This document shows, in pieces, positions 25,939 to 35,668 of a DNA stretch of 64,000 nucleotides (its first letter is position 1; every line of letters begins with the position of its first letter). Position numbers and translations under genes: made by a program. The DNA comes from an uncultured Actinomycetota bacterium (GTDB taxonomy: Bacteria; Actinomycetota; Actinomycetes; JAHEKZ01): contig CAVURN010000003.1 of assembly GCA_963743915.1 (NCBI GenBank), forward strand, positions 320,001-384,000, read 5' to 3'. The notes beneath the pieces were generated by a model. It made no database searches. It was not told where the DNA came from and saw only the letters and a list, made by a program, of their open reading frames with translations.

Positions 25939-26886
25939 GTGGGAATCCTGGACCCGTTGTACTACGCCGTCGCCTGGATCCTGGTCCAGTGGCACTCCTT
26001 CTGGAGCCTGATCTTCCCCTCCACCAGCGGTGCTGCGTGGAGCCTCTCGATCGTCGGGCTCGTCGTCGTCATCCGGATGATGCTGATCCCGCTCTTCGTC
26101 AAGCAGATCAAGGCCCAACGCGCTCTGCAGATCCTGCAGCCGGAGATCAAGGCGATCCAGAAGCGGTACAAGGACGACCGGCAGAAGCAGTCCGAAGAGA
26201 TGATGAAGCTCTACCGCGAGAACGGGACCAACCCGTTCTCGTCGTGTCTGCCGATCCTGCTGCAGATGCCGATCTTCTTCGCGCTCTTCCACGTCCTCAA
26301 CTATGGCGTCGCGCAGGACAACCCGGTCGGCCCGATGAACCAGCAGCTCATCGACGAGGCTTCCCAGGCCACCATCTTCGGCGCCCCGATCTCAGCGTCG
26401 TTCCTGGGGTCGGACGATCCGAATGTCAAGATTGTCTCGCTTGTCCTGATTCTGCTGATGACCCTGACCACCTTCATCACGCAGAAGCAGCTGCTCGTCA
26501 AGGGCATCGCCAACGCCGACTCCAACCCGTTCCTGCAGCAGCAGAAGCTGCTGGTCTACGTCTTCCCCCTGATGTTCGCCGTCTTCGGGATCAACTTCCC
26601 GATCGGTGTGCTCATCTACTGGCTGACCACCAACCTGTGGTCGATGGGTCAGCAGTGGTACGTCATCAGGAACAACCCGGCACCCGGCAGCCCCGCCTAC
26701 GCCGAGTGGGAGGCCCGTCAGGCCCGGAAGGCCGCCAAGCACGCCGGGCACGGTGAGAGCCTGCCGGCGGTCGAGCCGGAGCCCGAGACCCCCAAGCCCC
26801 AGCGGAGCCAGCCGAAACGGCAGAGCCGCAGCAAGCGGAAGCGGGCGGCCGGACCCGACCCCGCCGCGAACCAGGAGGATGCATGA
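25939..26886 (+). CDS. yidC: Membrane protein insertase YidC
   Basis: LQPEIKAIQKRY, NPFSSCLPILLQMPIF, LIYWLTTNLWSMGQQ. Confidence 0.96.
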   Translation: MGILDPLYYAVAWILVQWHSFWSLIFPSTSGAAWSLSIVGLVVVIRMMLIPLFVKQIKAQRALQILQPEIKAIQKRYKDDRQKQSEEMMKLYRENGTNPFSSCLPILLQMPIFFALFHVLNYGVAQDNPVGPMNQQLIDEASQATIFGAPISASFLGSDDPNVKIVSLVLILLMTLTTFITQKQLLVKGIANADSNPFLQQQKLLVYVFPLMFAVFGINFPIGVLIYWLTTNLWSMGQQWYVIRNNPAPGSPAYAEWEARQARKAAKHAGHGESLPAVEPEPETPKPQRSQPKRQSRSKRKRAAGPDPAANQEDA

Positions 26887-27380
26887 CCGAGACGACCGAC
26901 GCTCCCGAGAAAGCCACGACCCTGGCAGCCCGCCTCGAGCGGGAGGGGGACATCGCCGCCGACTACATCGAGGAGTTCCTGGACATCGCCGACCTCGACG
27001 GTGACATCGACATGGACGTCGAGGGGGAGCGGGCGATGGTCAGCCTGGTCGGCGGCAACCTCGACCATCTCGTCGGGGCCGACGGCGCGGTGCTCGACGC
27101 GCTGCAGGAGCTGACCCGACTCGCGGTGCTGCGCGAGACAGGTGAGCGGAGCCGGCTGATGCTGGACATCGCCGGCTGGCGGGCGGCGAAGCGCACGGCG
27201 CTGACCGAGTCCGGGACGACGGCGGCCCAGCAGGTCAAGGAGACCGGTGAGTCGGTGGCCCTCGAGCCCATGACGCCGTTCGAGCGGAAGATCGTGCACG
27301 ACGCGGTGGCGGCGGCCGGTTTGCGGAGCGAGTCCGAGGGACAAGAGCCGAACCGGTACGTCGTCGTGCTGCCCGCCTGA
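26883..27380 (+). CDS. jag: Jag/KhpB (EloR) KH-R3H RNA-binding protein
   Basis: EGDIAADY..DLDGDID; R3H motif FERKIVHD..SESEG.EP.R. Confidence 0.93.
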   Translation: MTETTDAPEKATTLAARLEREGDIAADYIEEFLDIADLDGDIDMDVEGERAMVSLVGGNLDHLVGADGAVLDALQELTRLAVLRETGERSRLMLDIAGWRAAKRTALTESGTTAAQQVKETGESVALEPMTPFERKIVHDAVAAAGLRSESEGQEPNRYVVVLPA

Positions 27381-27381
27381 C

Positions 27382-27395
27382 GTTTCACGTGAAAC
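27382..27395. other. parS site
   Basis: Perfect palindrome GTTTCACGTGAAAC. Confidence 0.93.
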
Positions 27396-28021
27396 CGCCG
27401 CAGGAGGCGCGGGAGCTCTTCGACGACCCGGAGCGGCTGACCCTGGCGGAGCGGTACGTCGAGTGGCTGACCGGTGCCGCCGTCGAGCGGGGTCTGCTGG
27501 GCCCACGCGAGGCCGACCGGATCTGGTCCCGCCACGTGATCAACTGCGCGGTCCTGGAGCGCTTCCTCCCGGCCGGGTCACGCTCGCTGTGCGACCTCGG
27601 CTCCGGTGCCGGACTGCCCGGGGTGGTGCTCGGCCTGATGCGTCCGGAGATGGAGGTCGTGCTGCTCGAGCCCCTGCTCCGGCGGAGTACCTTTCTCCGC
27701 GAGGTGACCGACGACCTCGGGCTCGCGAACGTCCGGGTGGTGCGGGCCCGCGCGGAGGAGTACGCGGGCGACCGTCCCGCCCATGACGTGGTCGTCGCCC
27801 GCGCCGTCGCGCCGCTGTCGCGGCTGGTGGGCTGGGCGATACCGCTGCTGCGGCCAGGGGGCACGCTACTGGCGCTCAAGGGCGTCTCGGCGGAGGATGA
27901 GCTGCGCGACGCCGCCCCCGTGCTCAGCTCTCCCCAGATCCGGTCGGCGGAGGTCCTGACCACCGCAGAAGGCGGTAGCGTGACGCACGTCGTGCGCATC
28001 GTGCGAGGGGAGCAGCCATGA
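27389..28021 (+). CDS. rsmG: 16S rRNA m7G527 methyltransferase
   Basis: RGLLGPRE, DLGSGAGLPG, RAEE, ARAVAPL, LKG. Confidence 0.95.
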   Translation: MKPPQEARELFDDPERLTLAERYVEWLTGAAVERGLLGPREADRIWSRHVINCAVLERFLPAGSRSLCDLGSGAGLPGVVLGLMRPEMEVVLLEPLLRRSTFLREVTDDLGLANVRVVRARAEEYAGDRPAHDVVVARAVAPLSRLVGWAIPLLRPGGTLLALKGVSAEDELRDAAPVLSSPQIRSAEVLTTAEGGSVTHVVRIVRGEQP

Positions 28022-28971
28022 CCGAGCAGCCGCGGGAGCGGGTCTACCCGCTGACGCCTGCCCACGTTTCACGTGAAACATCGGAGGCTGACACCCCGAT
28101 CGCCCTGGCCGCTCAGGCGGCCGCGCGGATCCGCGGTGGGCGCACCGAGAGCTGGCCCCGTCCCGCCGCGACCCGGGTGCTCACGGTGGCCAACCAGAAG
28201 GGGGGCGTGGGCAAGACCACCTCCACGGTCAACGTGGCGGCCTCTCTGGCCCTGCACGGGCTCCGGGTCCTGGTGATCGACCTCGATCCCCAGGGCAACG
28301 CGTCGACGGCACTGGCCGTCCCGCACCACGCCGGTGAGCCGAGCGTCTACGAGGTCCTGGTCGACGGCAAACCGCTCCGCTCGGCCCTCCACCCCGTGGA
28401 GGCGATCCCGGGGCTGGACTGCGTGCCGGCCACCATCGACCTGGCGGGCGCTGAGATCGAGCTGGTCTCGCTGGTCGCCAGGGAGAGCAGGCTGCAGCGG
28501 GCCCTCGCCGAGCTGCTCAAGGAGACCGAGCGGGAGGGGCAGCGGTACGACTACGTCTTCATCGACTGCCCGCCCTCCCTGGGGCTGCTCACCATCAACG
28601 CGTTCGTCGCGGCCAACGAGGTGCTCATCCCGATCCAGTGCGAGTACTACGCCCTGGAGGGCCTCGGTCAGCTGCTCCGCAACGTGGAGCTGATCCAGTC
28701 GCACCTGAATCCGCGGCTGAGCGTCTCCACCATCCTGCTCACCATGTACGACGGCCGGACCCGGCTGGCCGCCCAGGTGGCCGACGAGGTCCGGGAACAC
28801 TTCCGGGGCCTGGTCCTGTCCACCGCCATCCCCCGCTCCGTGCGTGTCTCGGAGGCTCCGAGCTACAGCCAGACCGTTCTCACCTACGATCCGGGCAGCA
28901 GCGGGGCGCTCTCCTACCTGGAGGCGGCCCGCGAGATGGCCCATCGGGCGGAGGAAGGCGGAGCCGCATGA
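28018..28971 (+). CDS. parA: Chromosome partitioning ATPase ParA
   Basis: [34 protein letters not shown]. Confidence 0.97.
   Translation: MTEQPRERVYPLTPAHVSRETSEADTPIALAAQAAARIRGGRTESWPRPAATRVLTVANQKGGVGKTTSTVNVAASLALHGLRVLVIDLDPQGNASTALAVPHHAGEPSVYEVLVDGKPLRSALHPVEAIPGLDCVPATIDLAGAEIELVSLVARESRLQRALAELLKETEREGQRYDYVFIDCPPSLGLLTINAFVAANEVLIPIQCEYYALEGLGQLLRNVELIQSHLNPRLSVSTILLTMYDGRTRLAAQVADEVREHFRGLVLSTAIPRSVRVSEAPSYSQTVLTYDPGSSGALSYLEAAREMAHRAEEGGAA
28066..28079. other. parS site within parA
   Basis: Perfect palindrome GTTTCACGTGAAAC. Confidence 0.93.
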
Positions 28972-29951
28972 CCGAGAGCAAGAAGCGAGGGCTGGGCCGA
29001 GGGCTGGGAGCCCTGATCCCGACCGCACCCGGCAGCCGGACGGACACCACGCCCTCCGGCAGCGGGTCACAGGTGGTCACCGACGCCCTCCTGACCCCGT
29101 CGACCGGCGCACCGGCGGACGCGGCGTCCGGCGTCGCGCACTACGCCGAGATCCCGGTCGGATCGATCACCCCCAACCCGCGACAGCCGCGCCAGGTCTT
29201 CGACGAGGAGGCGCTGGCCGAGCTCGTCCACTCGCTGCGCGAGGTGGGGCTGCTGCAGCCGATCGTCGTGCGGCCCCTCGGCGGCGACAAGTACGAGCTG
29301 GTGGCGGGAGAGCGGAGGTGGCGGGCCGCCCAGGAGGCCGGGTTCGCGGCCATCCCGTCGATCGTCCGGGACACCGCCGACGACGTGCTTCTGCGGGACG
29401 CCCTGCTGGAGAACCTGCACCGCGCCCAGCTCAACCCGCTGGAGGAGGCCGCCGCCTACGGCCAGCTGCTCAACGACTTCGGCTGCACCCAGGAGGAGCT
29501 GGCGACCCGGATCGGCCGCTCGCGCCCCCAGGTGTCGAACACCCTGCGCCTGCTGCGCCTGCCGTCCGGGGTGCAGCGGCGGGTCGCGGCCGGCGTGCTG
29601 TCGGCCGGCCACGCCCGGGCCCTGCTCGTGCTCGACGACCCCGAGGACCAGGAGCGTCTGGCCAACCGGATCGTCGCCGAGGGGCTGTCGGTACGCACCG
29701 TCGAGGAACTGGTCACCCTCGGTGACGTGGGTGAGGACAAACCCGTACAAAAGCGGACGAAAGCCCCGCAGAATCCTGCGCTCGCCGATCTGGCCGCCGC
29801 GCTGTCGGACGCCTTGGAGACCCGGGTCTCGGTCGACCTGGGCCGCAGTCGGGGCAAGATCACCATCACCTTCGCCAGCGTCGACGACCTGGAGCGGATC
29901 GTCGACGTGATCGCCCCGGAGGCCTCGGCCGTGCTGCGGGGTCAGGCATGA
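28968..29951 (+). CDS. parB: Chromosome partitioning protein ParB
   Basis: [31 protein letters not shown]. Confidence 0.97.
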   Translation: MTESKKRGLGRGLGALIPTAPGSRTDTTPSGSGSQVVTDALLTPSTGAPADAASGVAHYAEIPVGSITPNPRQPRQVFDEEALAELVHSLREVGLLQPIVVRPLGGDKYELVAGERRWRAAQEAGFAAIPSIVRDTADDVLLRDALLENLHRAQLNPLEEAAAYGQLLNDFGCTQEELATRIGRSRPQVSNTLRLLRLPSGVQRRVAAGVLSAGHARALLVLDDPEDQERLANRIVAEGLSVRTVEELVTLGDVGEDKPVQKRTKAPQNPALADLAAALSDALETRVSVDLGRSRGKITITFASVDDLERIVDVIAPEASAVLRGQA

Positions 29952-30097
29952 AGGCGCGCACGCTCACCGCGGTCGTCGCCGGGTTCGCGCTGGGGGCGTT
30001 GGCGGCGTTCGCCGTCCAGCTGCTGCGTCAGAACCCCGACTTCGACCCCACGGGCTACCAGCCGCCGAGCCCCCAGCCGGGCCCGACCGCGCAGTAG
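29948..30097 (+). CDS. Small single-TM protein (49 aa)
   Basis: [49 protein letters not shown]; ATGA overlap with parB; ends 2 bp before galK. Confidence 0.65.
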   Translation: MKARTLTAVVAGFALGALAAFAVQLLRQNPDFDPTGYQPPSPQPGPTAQ

Positions 30098-30099
30098 GC

Positions 30100-31200
30100 G
30101 TGCCCGCAACCTGGCGAGCCCCTGGCCGGGTGAACCTGATCGGTGACCACACCGACTACTCCGGGGGCTTCGTGCTCCCTCTGGCGATCGACCTCGCCAC
30201 CACCGTCAGGCTCACCTCGAGGTCGACCGGAAGGTTCACCGCACACTCAAGCCTGGTGCCGGACGAGAGCGTCGACGTCCCGCTCGGTGCGCTGGACGCC
30301 GTCCCGCACCGATGGGCGCGCTACGTCGCCGGCGCGGTGCGCCTGCTGAGCGACGAAGGCGTGACCCTGGGGGGCGTCGAGGTGCGGGTCGACAGCACTC
30401 TTCCGGTCGGCGCGGGACTGTCGTCGTCGGCCGCCCTCGTGTGCGCGACTCTGGGTGCGCTGCTGGACGCAGCCGGCCGACGGTGGGACCGGCAAGGCAT
30501 CGCCCTCGCCGCGCGACGCGTCGAGAACGAGTACCTCGGTGCGCCCGTCGGGGTGATGGATCCGACGGTCGTGATGCAGGCGCGTGCGGGACATGCGCTG
30601 CTGCTCGACGCACGCACCCTGGAGCGGGAGCAGATTCCCGTGCCGCTCGTGCCGCCCGGGGCACACGAGGGATGCAGCTTGCTCGTGGTCGACACGGGTG
30701 TGTCCCACTCCACTGGCGACCACGCGTATGCCGAGCGGGTGACGCAGTGCGCGACTGCCGCCGAGCTGCTGGGTGTCGCATCCCTCCGCGATGTCGCGAC
30801 GGTGGACGCGCTCGGTGCACTCACCGACCCCGTGCTCCGGGCACGCGCGCGGCACGTGGTCTCCGAGAACGAGCGCGTGCTGACGGTCGCCTCACTCCTG
30901 CGTCAGGGGCGGGTGCAGGACATCGGGCCGCTCCTCACGGCGTCGCACCGGTCGCTGCGCGACGACTTCGCGGTCAGCACCGACGCTCTCGACCTCGTCG
31001 TCAGCAGCGCGCTGGCTGCGGGCGCCCTGGGGGCACGGGTGACGGGGGCCGGCTTCGGCGGCAGCGCGGTCGTCCTGGTACCGGCGGCGAAGGCCCGCCA
31101 GGTCGCTGATGAAGTGCGGAAATCCCTTGTGTCACAAGGGATGTCGTCGCCCACCGTGCGATCGGTGCGGGCCTCCGACGCCGCGGGACCTGTGCAGTGA
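30100..31200 (+). CDS. galK: Galactokinase (GHMP family)
   Basis: APGRVNLIGDHTDY, PVGAGLSSSAA, RHVVSEN, GARVTGAGFGG. Confidence 0.88.
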   Translation: MPATWRAPGRVNLIGDHTDYSGGFVLPLAIDLATTVRLTSRSTGRFTAHSSLVPDESVDVPLGALDAVPHRWARYVAGAVRLLSDEGVTLGGVEVRVDSTLPVGAGLSSSAALVCATLGALLDAAGRRWDRQGIALAARRVENEYLGAPVGVMDPTVVMQARAGHALLLDARTLEREQIPVPLVPPGAHEGCSLLVVDTGVSHSTGDHAYAERVTQCATAAELLGVASLRDVATVDALGALTDPVLRARARHVVSENERVLTVASLLRQGRVQDIGPLLTASHRSLRDDFAVSTDALDLVVSSALAAGALGARVTGAGFGGSAVVLVPAAKARQVADEVRKSLVSQGMSSPTVRSVRASDAAGPVQ

Positions 31201-31225
31201 GTGCGCTGAAAGTGACGCGCCCGGG

Positions 31226-32380
31226 TCACCCGACGGTGCTGGGCAACCGCACCACCTGAGGACGCAGATCGGTGGTGGGCTGGTAGAGCTGCTGCAGTGC
31301 CACGAGCACCGCCTCGGCGACCGTGTCGCGGAGGGAGGGATCGGCCAGACGCGCGGCGTCACCGGGGTGCGTCAGGTACCCGACGTCGATGCGGACGGCC
31401 GGCATCCGGGTCCGCTGGAGGATGTCCCACGTCTTGGCATCGGTGCGTCCGTCGAGCAGGTCCGTCCGGTGGACGATCTCGCGCTGCACGAGCTCGGCGA
31501 ACGCCTCACCGATCACCGAGTGCACGGAGCCGTCGCCGCTCGTGCCGTAGTAGAACGTCGCGACCCCGTGCGCATGCGGACTGTTGTGACCGTCGGTGTG
31601 CAGCGAGATGACGAGATCGGCGTCCACGTCGTTCGCGAACGTCGCGCGCTCGATCTCGGTGAGCGCGGGGCGGTCGGTGCTGGCCCCGTGCGTCAGGAAC
31701 GCACTGACGCCGAGCGCCCCGAGCCGACCCTCGATGCGCGACGCGAGGTCAGCGACGACCTCGGCCTCGACCAGTCCGTGCGCGCAGACGCCGGTGTCGT
31801 CACCGCCGTGTCCGGGATCGATGACGATGACCTTGCCCCCGAGGCCGGGACCGCTGCGGTGCAGTCGCTCGGCCTCGCGGATGTGGTGCGGGTCGCCGCC
31901 CACGACGGTGCGCGCGAGCCGGTCGAGCGCCCGGAAGGTGACGGGGCCGCACAGACCGTCGGCGGGGATCCCGAGGTTGCGCTGGAGCTCCTTGAGGGCG
32001 TGGTCGGTGTCCGGGCCGAAGATGCCGTCGATCCGCCCCGGGTCGAAGCCCAGGTCGTGCAGCCGGCGCTGCAGCGCCGTGACGTCGTCTCCGTGCTGCA
32101 TGTGACGCGCGCCGTACCGCAGCACGCGGTCACCGAGCGCCCAGCGCGCTCCCTCGAGTCGACGCCACGTCGACGGGCCGACGATTCCGTCGGCGATGAG
32201 TCCGCGCTCCTGCTGGAAGGCACGCACCGCGCGCTCGACCTCGGCGTCGAACACCGCGTCCCACTGCGCCTCAGTGCGCTCCGCGGGCTCGTGCGTCAGC
32301 AGCCCGAGCAGCGCGAGGTGGTCGCGGATCTGGGCCACCGCCGGGCCGTGGTCGTCGCGGCGGTACGTCGACAGCGTCAC
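31226..32380 (-). CDS. cwlM: CwlM-like N-acetylmuramoyl-L-alanine amidase with two PG-binding domains
   Basis: VRAFQQERGL.ADG, DGIFGP, IDPGHGG, ISLH, PAVRIDVGY; synteny with trxA. Confidence 0.9.
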   Translation of the reverse strand: MTLSTYRRDDHGPAVAQIRDHLALLGLLTHEPAERTEAQWDAVFDAEVERAVRAFQQERGLIADGIVGPSTWRRLEGARWALGDRVLRYGARHMQHGDDVTALQRRLHDLGFDPGRIDGIFGPDTDHALKELQRNLGIPADGLCGPVTFRALDRLARTVVGGDPHHIREAERLHRSGPGLGGKVIVIDPGHGGDDTGVCAHGLVEAEVVADLASRIEGRLGALGVSAFLTHGASTDRPALTEIERATFANDVDADLVISLHTDGHNSPHAHGVATFYYGTSGDGSVHSVIGEAFAELVQREIVHRTDLLDGRTDAKTWDILQRTRMPAVRIDVGYLTHPGDAARLADPSLRDTVAEAVLVALQQLYQPTTDLRPQVVRLPSTVG

Positions 32381-32609
32381 AGCACCTCCGGCGAGCTCGG
32401 GCCGCAGTCGCAGCTGGTCGTTGACTCGAGGGTAACCCGCGAAGCCGCGACCCTAGCGTGCCGACGCGGGCCCTGACGAGACGCCGGTCGGGTCGGCCTC
32501 GGGAGCGGTGATCGGAGCATCTCGGCCACGGCCCCGTGGGACAAACTACCGCAATTCGGACGTCAGCAGCGACGAAAACGCTCCGATCACCGGGAGGGGT
32601 CGGGCGGGC

Positions 32610-32936
32610 CTACAGGAAGTCGGAGAGGTCGGAGAGCAGCGACTGCTTGGGCTTGGCACCGATGATCATCTTCACGACCTCGCCGCCCTGGTACACCGCG
32701 AGCGTGGGGATCGACGTCACCCCGGCCATCGCGGCCGCCTGCGGGTTCTCGTCGACGTTGAGCTTGGCGATGGTGAGCTTGTCGCCGTGCTCGGCCGCGA
32801 TCTCCTCCAGGATGGGAGCCACCATGCGGCACGGTCCGCACCACTCGGCCCAGTAGTCGACGAGCACCGGCTTGTCACTGTTGATGACGTCGGCGTCGAA
32901 GCTGGAGTCGGTGACGACGATGGTGGACTGGCCCAT
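32610..32936 (-). CDS. trxA: Thioredoxin
   Basis: WCGPC active site. Confidence 0.97.
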   Translation of the reverse strand: MGQSTIVVTDSSFDADVINSDKPVLVDYWAEWCGPCRMVAPILEEIAAEHGDKLTIAKLNVDENPQAAAMAGVTSIPTLAVYQGGEVVKMIIGAKPKQSLLSDLSDFL

Positions 32937-32979
32937 GGATTCTCCTTGCGGGGTCGCGGTGCAGGCGTAGCGGTCGGGG

Positions 32980-33945
32980 TCAGGCAGTGGCCTCGGCGAG
33001 GTCACGCCGGGCGTCCTCGAGCGCGGCGAGGTGGCGCTCGGCGTCGAGGGCGGCCGCGCAGCCGCTGCCGGCAGCGGTGATCGCCTGGCGGTAGGTGTGG
33101 TCGACGAGGTCGCCGCAGGCGAAGACGCCCGGGACGTCGGTCAGGGTCGAGCGGCCCTGCGCGATCACGTAGCCGTCGTCGTCGAGCGCGACCTGACCCT
33201 TGACGAGCTCGCTCCGCGGGTCGTGGCCGATCGCGATGAAGAGGCCGGTGACCGCGAGGTCGCGCTCCTCGCCGGTCTGGGTGTCGCGCAGCCGGATGCC
33301 CGAGAGCTTGTCGTCGCCGAGCACGTCGACGACCTCGCTGTTCCAGGCGAAGGAGATCTTGTCGTTGGCGAAGGCGCGGTCGGCCATGATCTTGCTGGCC
33401 CGCAGCTCGTCGCGACGGTGCACGACGGTGACGGAGGCGGCGAACTTGGTGAGGAACGTGGCCTCCTCGATGGCCGAGTCCCCACCGCCGACCACGGCGA
33501 TGTGCTGGTCGCGGAAGAAGAAGCCGTCACAGGTGGCGCACCACGAGACGCCGCGCCCGGAGAGTCGCTTCTCGTTGTCGAGGCCGAGCTCACGGTAGCC
33601 CGAGCCCATGGCCAGGATGACCGCGCGGGCCTGGTGCGTGGCACCGGAGCCGAGCGTCACCGTCTTGACGTCTCCGGTCAGCTCGACCGCGACGACGTCG
33701 TCGGTGATGATCTCGGTGCCGAACCGCAGCGCCTGGTTGCGCATCTGCTCCATCAGCTCCGGCCCCATGATGCCGTCGGCGAAACCGGGGAAGTTCTCGA
33801 CCTCGGTGGTGGTCATCAGGGCACCACCCGCGGTCACCGACCCCTCGACCATGAGCGGTCGGAGGTTGGCGCGGGCGGTGTACACCGCAGCGGTGAAGCC
33901 GGCGGGGCCGGATCCGATGATGATGACGTCGCGGATCTCGCTCAC
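32980..33945 (-). CDS. trxB: Thioredoxin reductase
   Basis: [30 protein letters not shown]. Confidence 0.98.
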   Translation of the reverse strand: MSEIRDVIIIGSGPAGFTAAVYTARANLRPLMVEGSVTAGGALMTTTEVENFPGFADGIMGPELMEQMRNQALRFGTEIITDDVVAVELTGDVKTVTLGSGATHQARAVILAMGSGYRELGLDNEKRLSGRGVSWCATCDGFFFRDQHIAVVGGGDSAIEEATFLTKFAASVTVVHRRDELRASKIMADRAFANDKISFAWNSEVVDVLGDDKLSGIRLRDTQTGEERDLAVTGLFIAIGHDPRSELVKGQVALDDDGYVIAQGRSTLTDVPGVFACGDLVDHTYRQAITAAGSGCAAALDAERHLAALEDARRDLAEATA

Positions 33946-34003
33946 CGCAGGGCGCTCCTCGGGCTGGACGGAAAGGCGCGGGGCTCGGACGAGCCCTACT
34001 GCA

Positions 34004-34031
34004 CAACCGATTCTAGGGTGGGCGGCATTCC
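34004..34031 (-). promoter_or_regulatory. SigR/SigH-type ECF promoter for trxBA
   Basis: GGAAT-N19-GTTG about 60 bp upstream of trxB; trxBA is an established SigR/SigH target. Confidence 0.7.
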
Positions 34032-34065
34032 CACCGGTCGGCGCCGGGCCGGGGCCGACCCCCGC

Positions 34066-35001
34066 TCAGCGGGTGATCGTGGCGAAGTAGAAGAGCGGGT
34101 CCGCCGGACCGGTGCAGTCGGGGTCGATCACCCAGACGTCGGCGGCGGTCGGGTCGACCTCGTTGGGCAGCACGATGACCGCTGCCGGCTTGCCGTCCCA
34201 GGTTCCGATGTCGATGGCCAGCGGCATGATGCCCGGGGCATCGAGGTAGCTCTCCAGACACGCCTGGGCGGCTGCCGGACCTGCCGTCAGCTTGAGCAGG
34301 ACGTTGGCCGACGCACTGTCGAGCGGGGTGCCCGACGGCGTCGCGGGCGGGGTGCCGGAGGGTGTCGCCGTGTCCTCGGGGCTGGGCTGGGTGCTCGTCT
34401 CCGGGGGAAGCGTGGCGGTGGCGGTGAAGGCTGACCGACTGGCGACCAGGCTGGTCGCCTGGCGTTCCAGGGCCTCGGGCTGGTAGTCGGTGCCGGTGCG
34501 GCTGGCCACGTAGGCGACCGGGGGGATCGACGCGCTCTCGGCCGGTGCACCGCGATCGGCGGCCGTGACGCTGCCGTCGCCACCGGAGAGGTCGCTGGAG
34601 CTCGAGCTGTTCAGGATCGGCACCACGATCGCGCCGATGAGGGCCACGCCTGCGGCTCCCGCCACCAGACCCATGCCGGGACGCCACGAACGTCGACGAC
34701 GAACCTCGCCGATGGGTACAACTGTGGCTGCCCCTTCGGGAGTGAGGACGGGCTCGGCGGCGACCGCTGCACTCAGACGCTCCCAGACAGCGTCGGGCAT
34801 GGTGACCGGTGGCAGCTCGGCCAGGGTCGCCGTGACCGTGGCCAGGTCGTCGCGCAGCTCCCCACAGGGGCGACAGTGCGTCAGGTGCTGCAGGGCGTGC
34901 GCCGTGGACTCGGCGTCGAGCAGGCCGAGGTCGAGGTCCGCGAGCACCTCGGCGGTGAGGTGCTCGGAGTCGGGGTGCACCGGGTCGTGGTGCTGACTCA
35001 T
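34066..35001 (-). CDS. Zinc-binding anti-sigma factor for SigM
   Basis: ZAS motif H...HLTHCRPC, single TM, extracytoplasmic domain; coupled to sigM. Confidence 0.85.
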   Translation of the reverse strand: MSQHHDPVHPDSEHLTAEVLADLDLGLLDAESTAHALQHLTHCRPCGELRDDLATVTATLAELPPVTMPDAVWERLSAAVAAEPVLTPEGAATVVPIGEVRRRRSWRPGMGLVAGAAGVALIGAIVVPILNSSSSSDLSGGDGSVTAADRGAPAESASIPPVAYVASRTGTDYQPEALERQATSLVASRSAFTATATLPPETSTQPSPEDTATPSGTPPATPSGTPLDSASANVLLKLTAGPAAAQACLESYLDAPGIMPLAIDIGTWDGKPAAVIVLPNEVDPTAADVWVIDPDCTGPADPLFYFATITR

Positions 35002-35615
35002 GGCTGCGCTCCGTCGGAAGGTGTTGGGGGTGGACCTGAAGGTGGGACGTCCGAGGCGTCGTCGTGGTTCCGCAGGTGGGCCAGCAGGGGTACGAGCTTG
35101 GCGCGCCCACGCGCGCAGCGGCTCTTGACGGTGCCGGACGGGATGCCGAGCATCTCGGCGACCTCGTCGACCGGGTAGCCCTCGACGTCGACGAGGACGA
35201 GGACGGCCCGCTGCTCCTCGGGAAGCGTGCGCAGCGCGCGATCGATCTCCCAGGCGAGCTCGCGGCGTCCGAGCGGGTCGCTCGGCTCGACCGGGTGTGC
35301 GCTGTCGTGCTCGGGGAGTGGGACGGTGGGTCGGGCCTTGGACCGGCGCATGCGATCGAGGCAGGCGTTGACCACGATCCGGTGCAGCCAGGTGGTCACC
35401 TGCGCGTCGCCGCGGTAGGTCGCCGCCGCGCGGTGCGCCGAGAGCAGCGCGTCCTGCAGGGCATCGGCGGCTTCCTCGGGATCGCCGATCGTGCGGAGTG
35501 CCACGGCCCAGAGCCGGTCGCGGTGCCGCCGCACCACCGTGGCGAACGCGGTCGGGTCGCCCGCCACGTGCGCCGCCAGGAGGTCGGCGTCCGAGCGCGG
35601 GTCGTCCAGGGTCAC
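34998..35615 (-). CDS. sigM: ECF sigma factor SigM
   Basis: SDADLLAAHVAGD, DALQDA, TWLHRIVVNACLDR, GTVKSRCARGR; synteny. Confidence 0.92.
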   Translation of the reverse strand: MTLDDPRSDADLLAAHVAGDPTAFATVVRRHRDRLWAVALRTIGDPEEAADALQDALLSAHRAAATYRGDAQVTTWLHRIVVNACLDRMRRSKARPTVPLPEHDSAHPVEPSDPLGRRELAWEIDRALRTLPEEQRAVLVLVDVEGYPVDEVAEMLGIPSGTVKSRCARGRAKLVPLLAHLRNHDDASDVPPSGPPPTPSDGAQP

Positions 35616-35668
35616 GGCCGAAGCGTATTCACTTCTCTCCCGCCGGTGATCATCCGCCGTGCCGAGGG

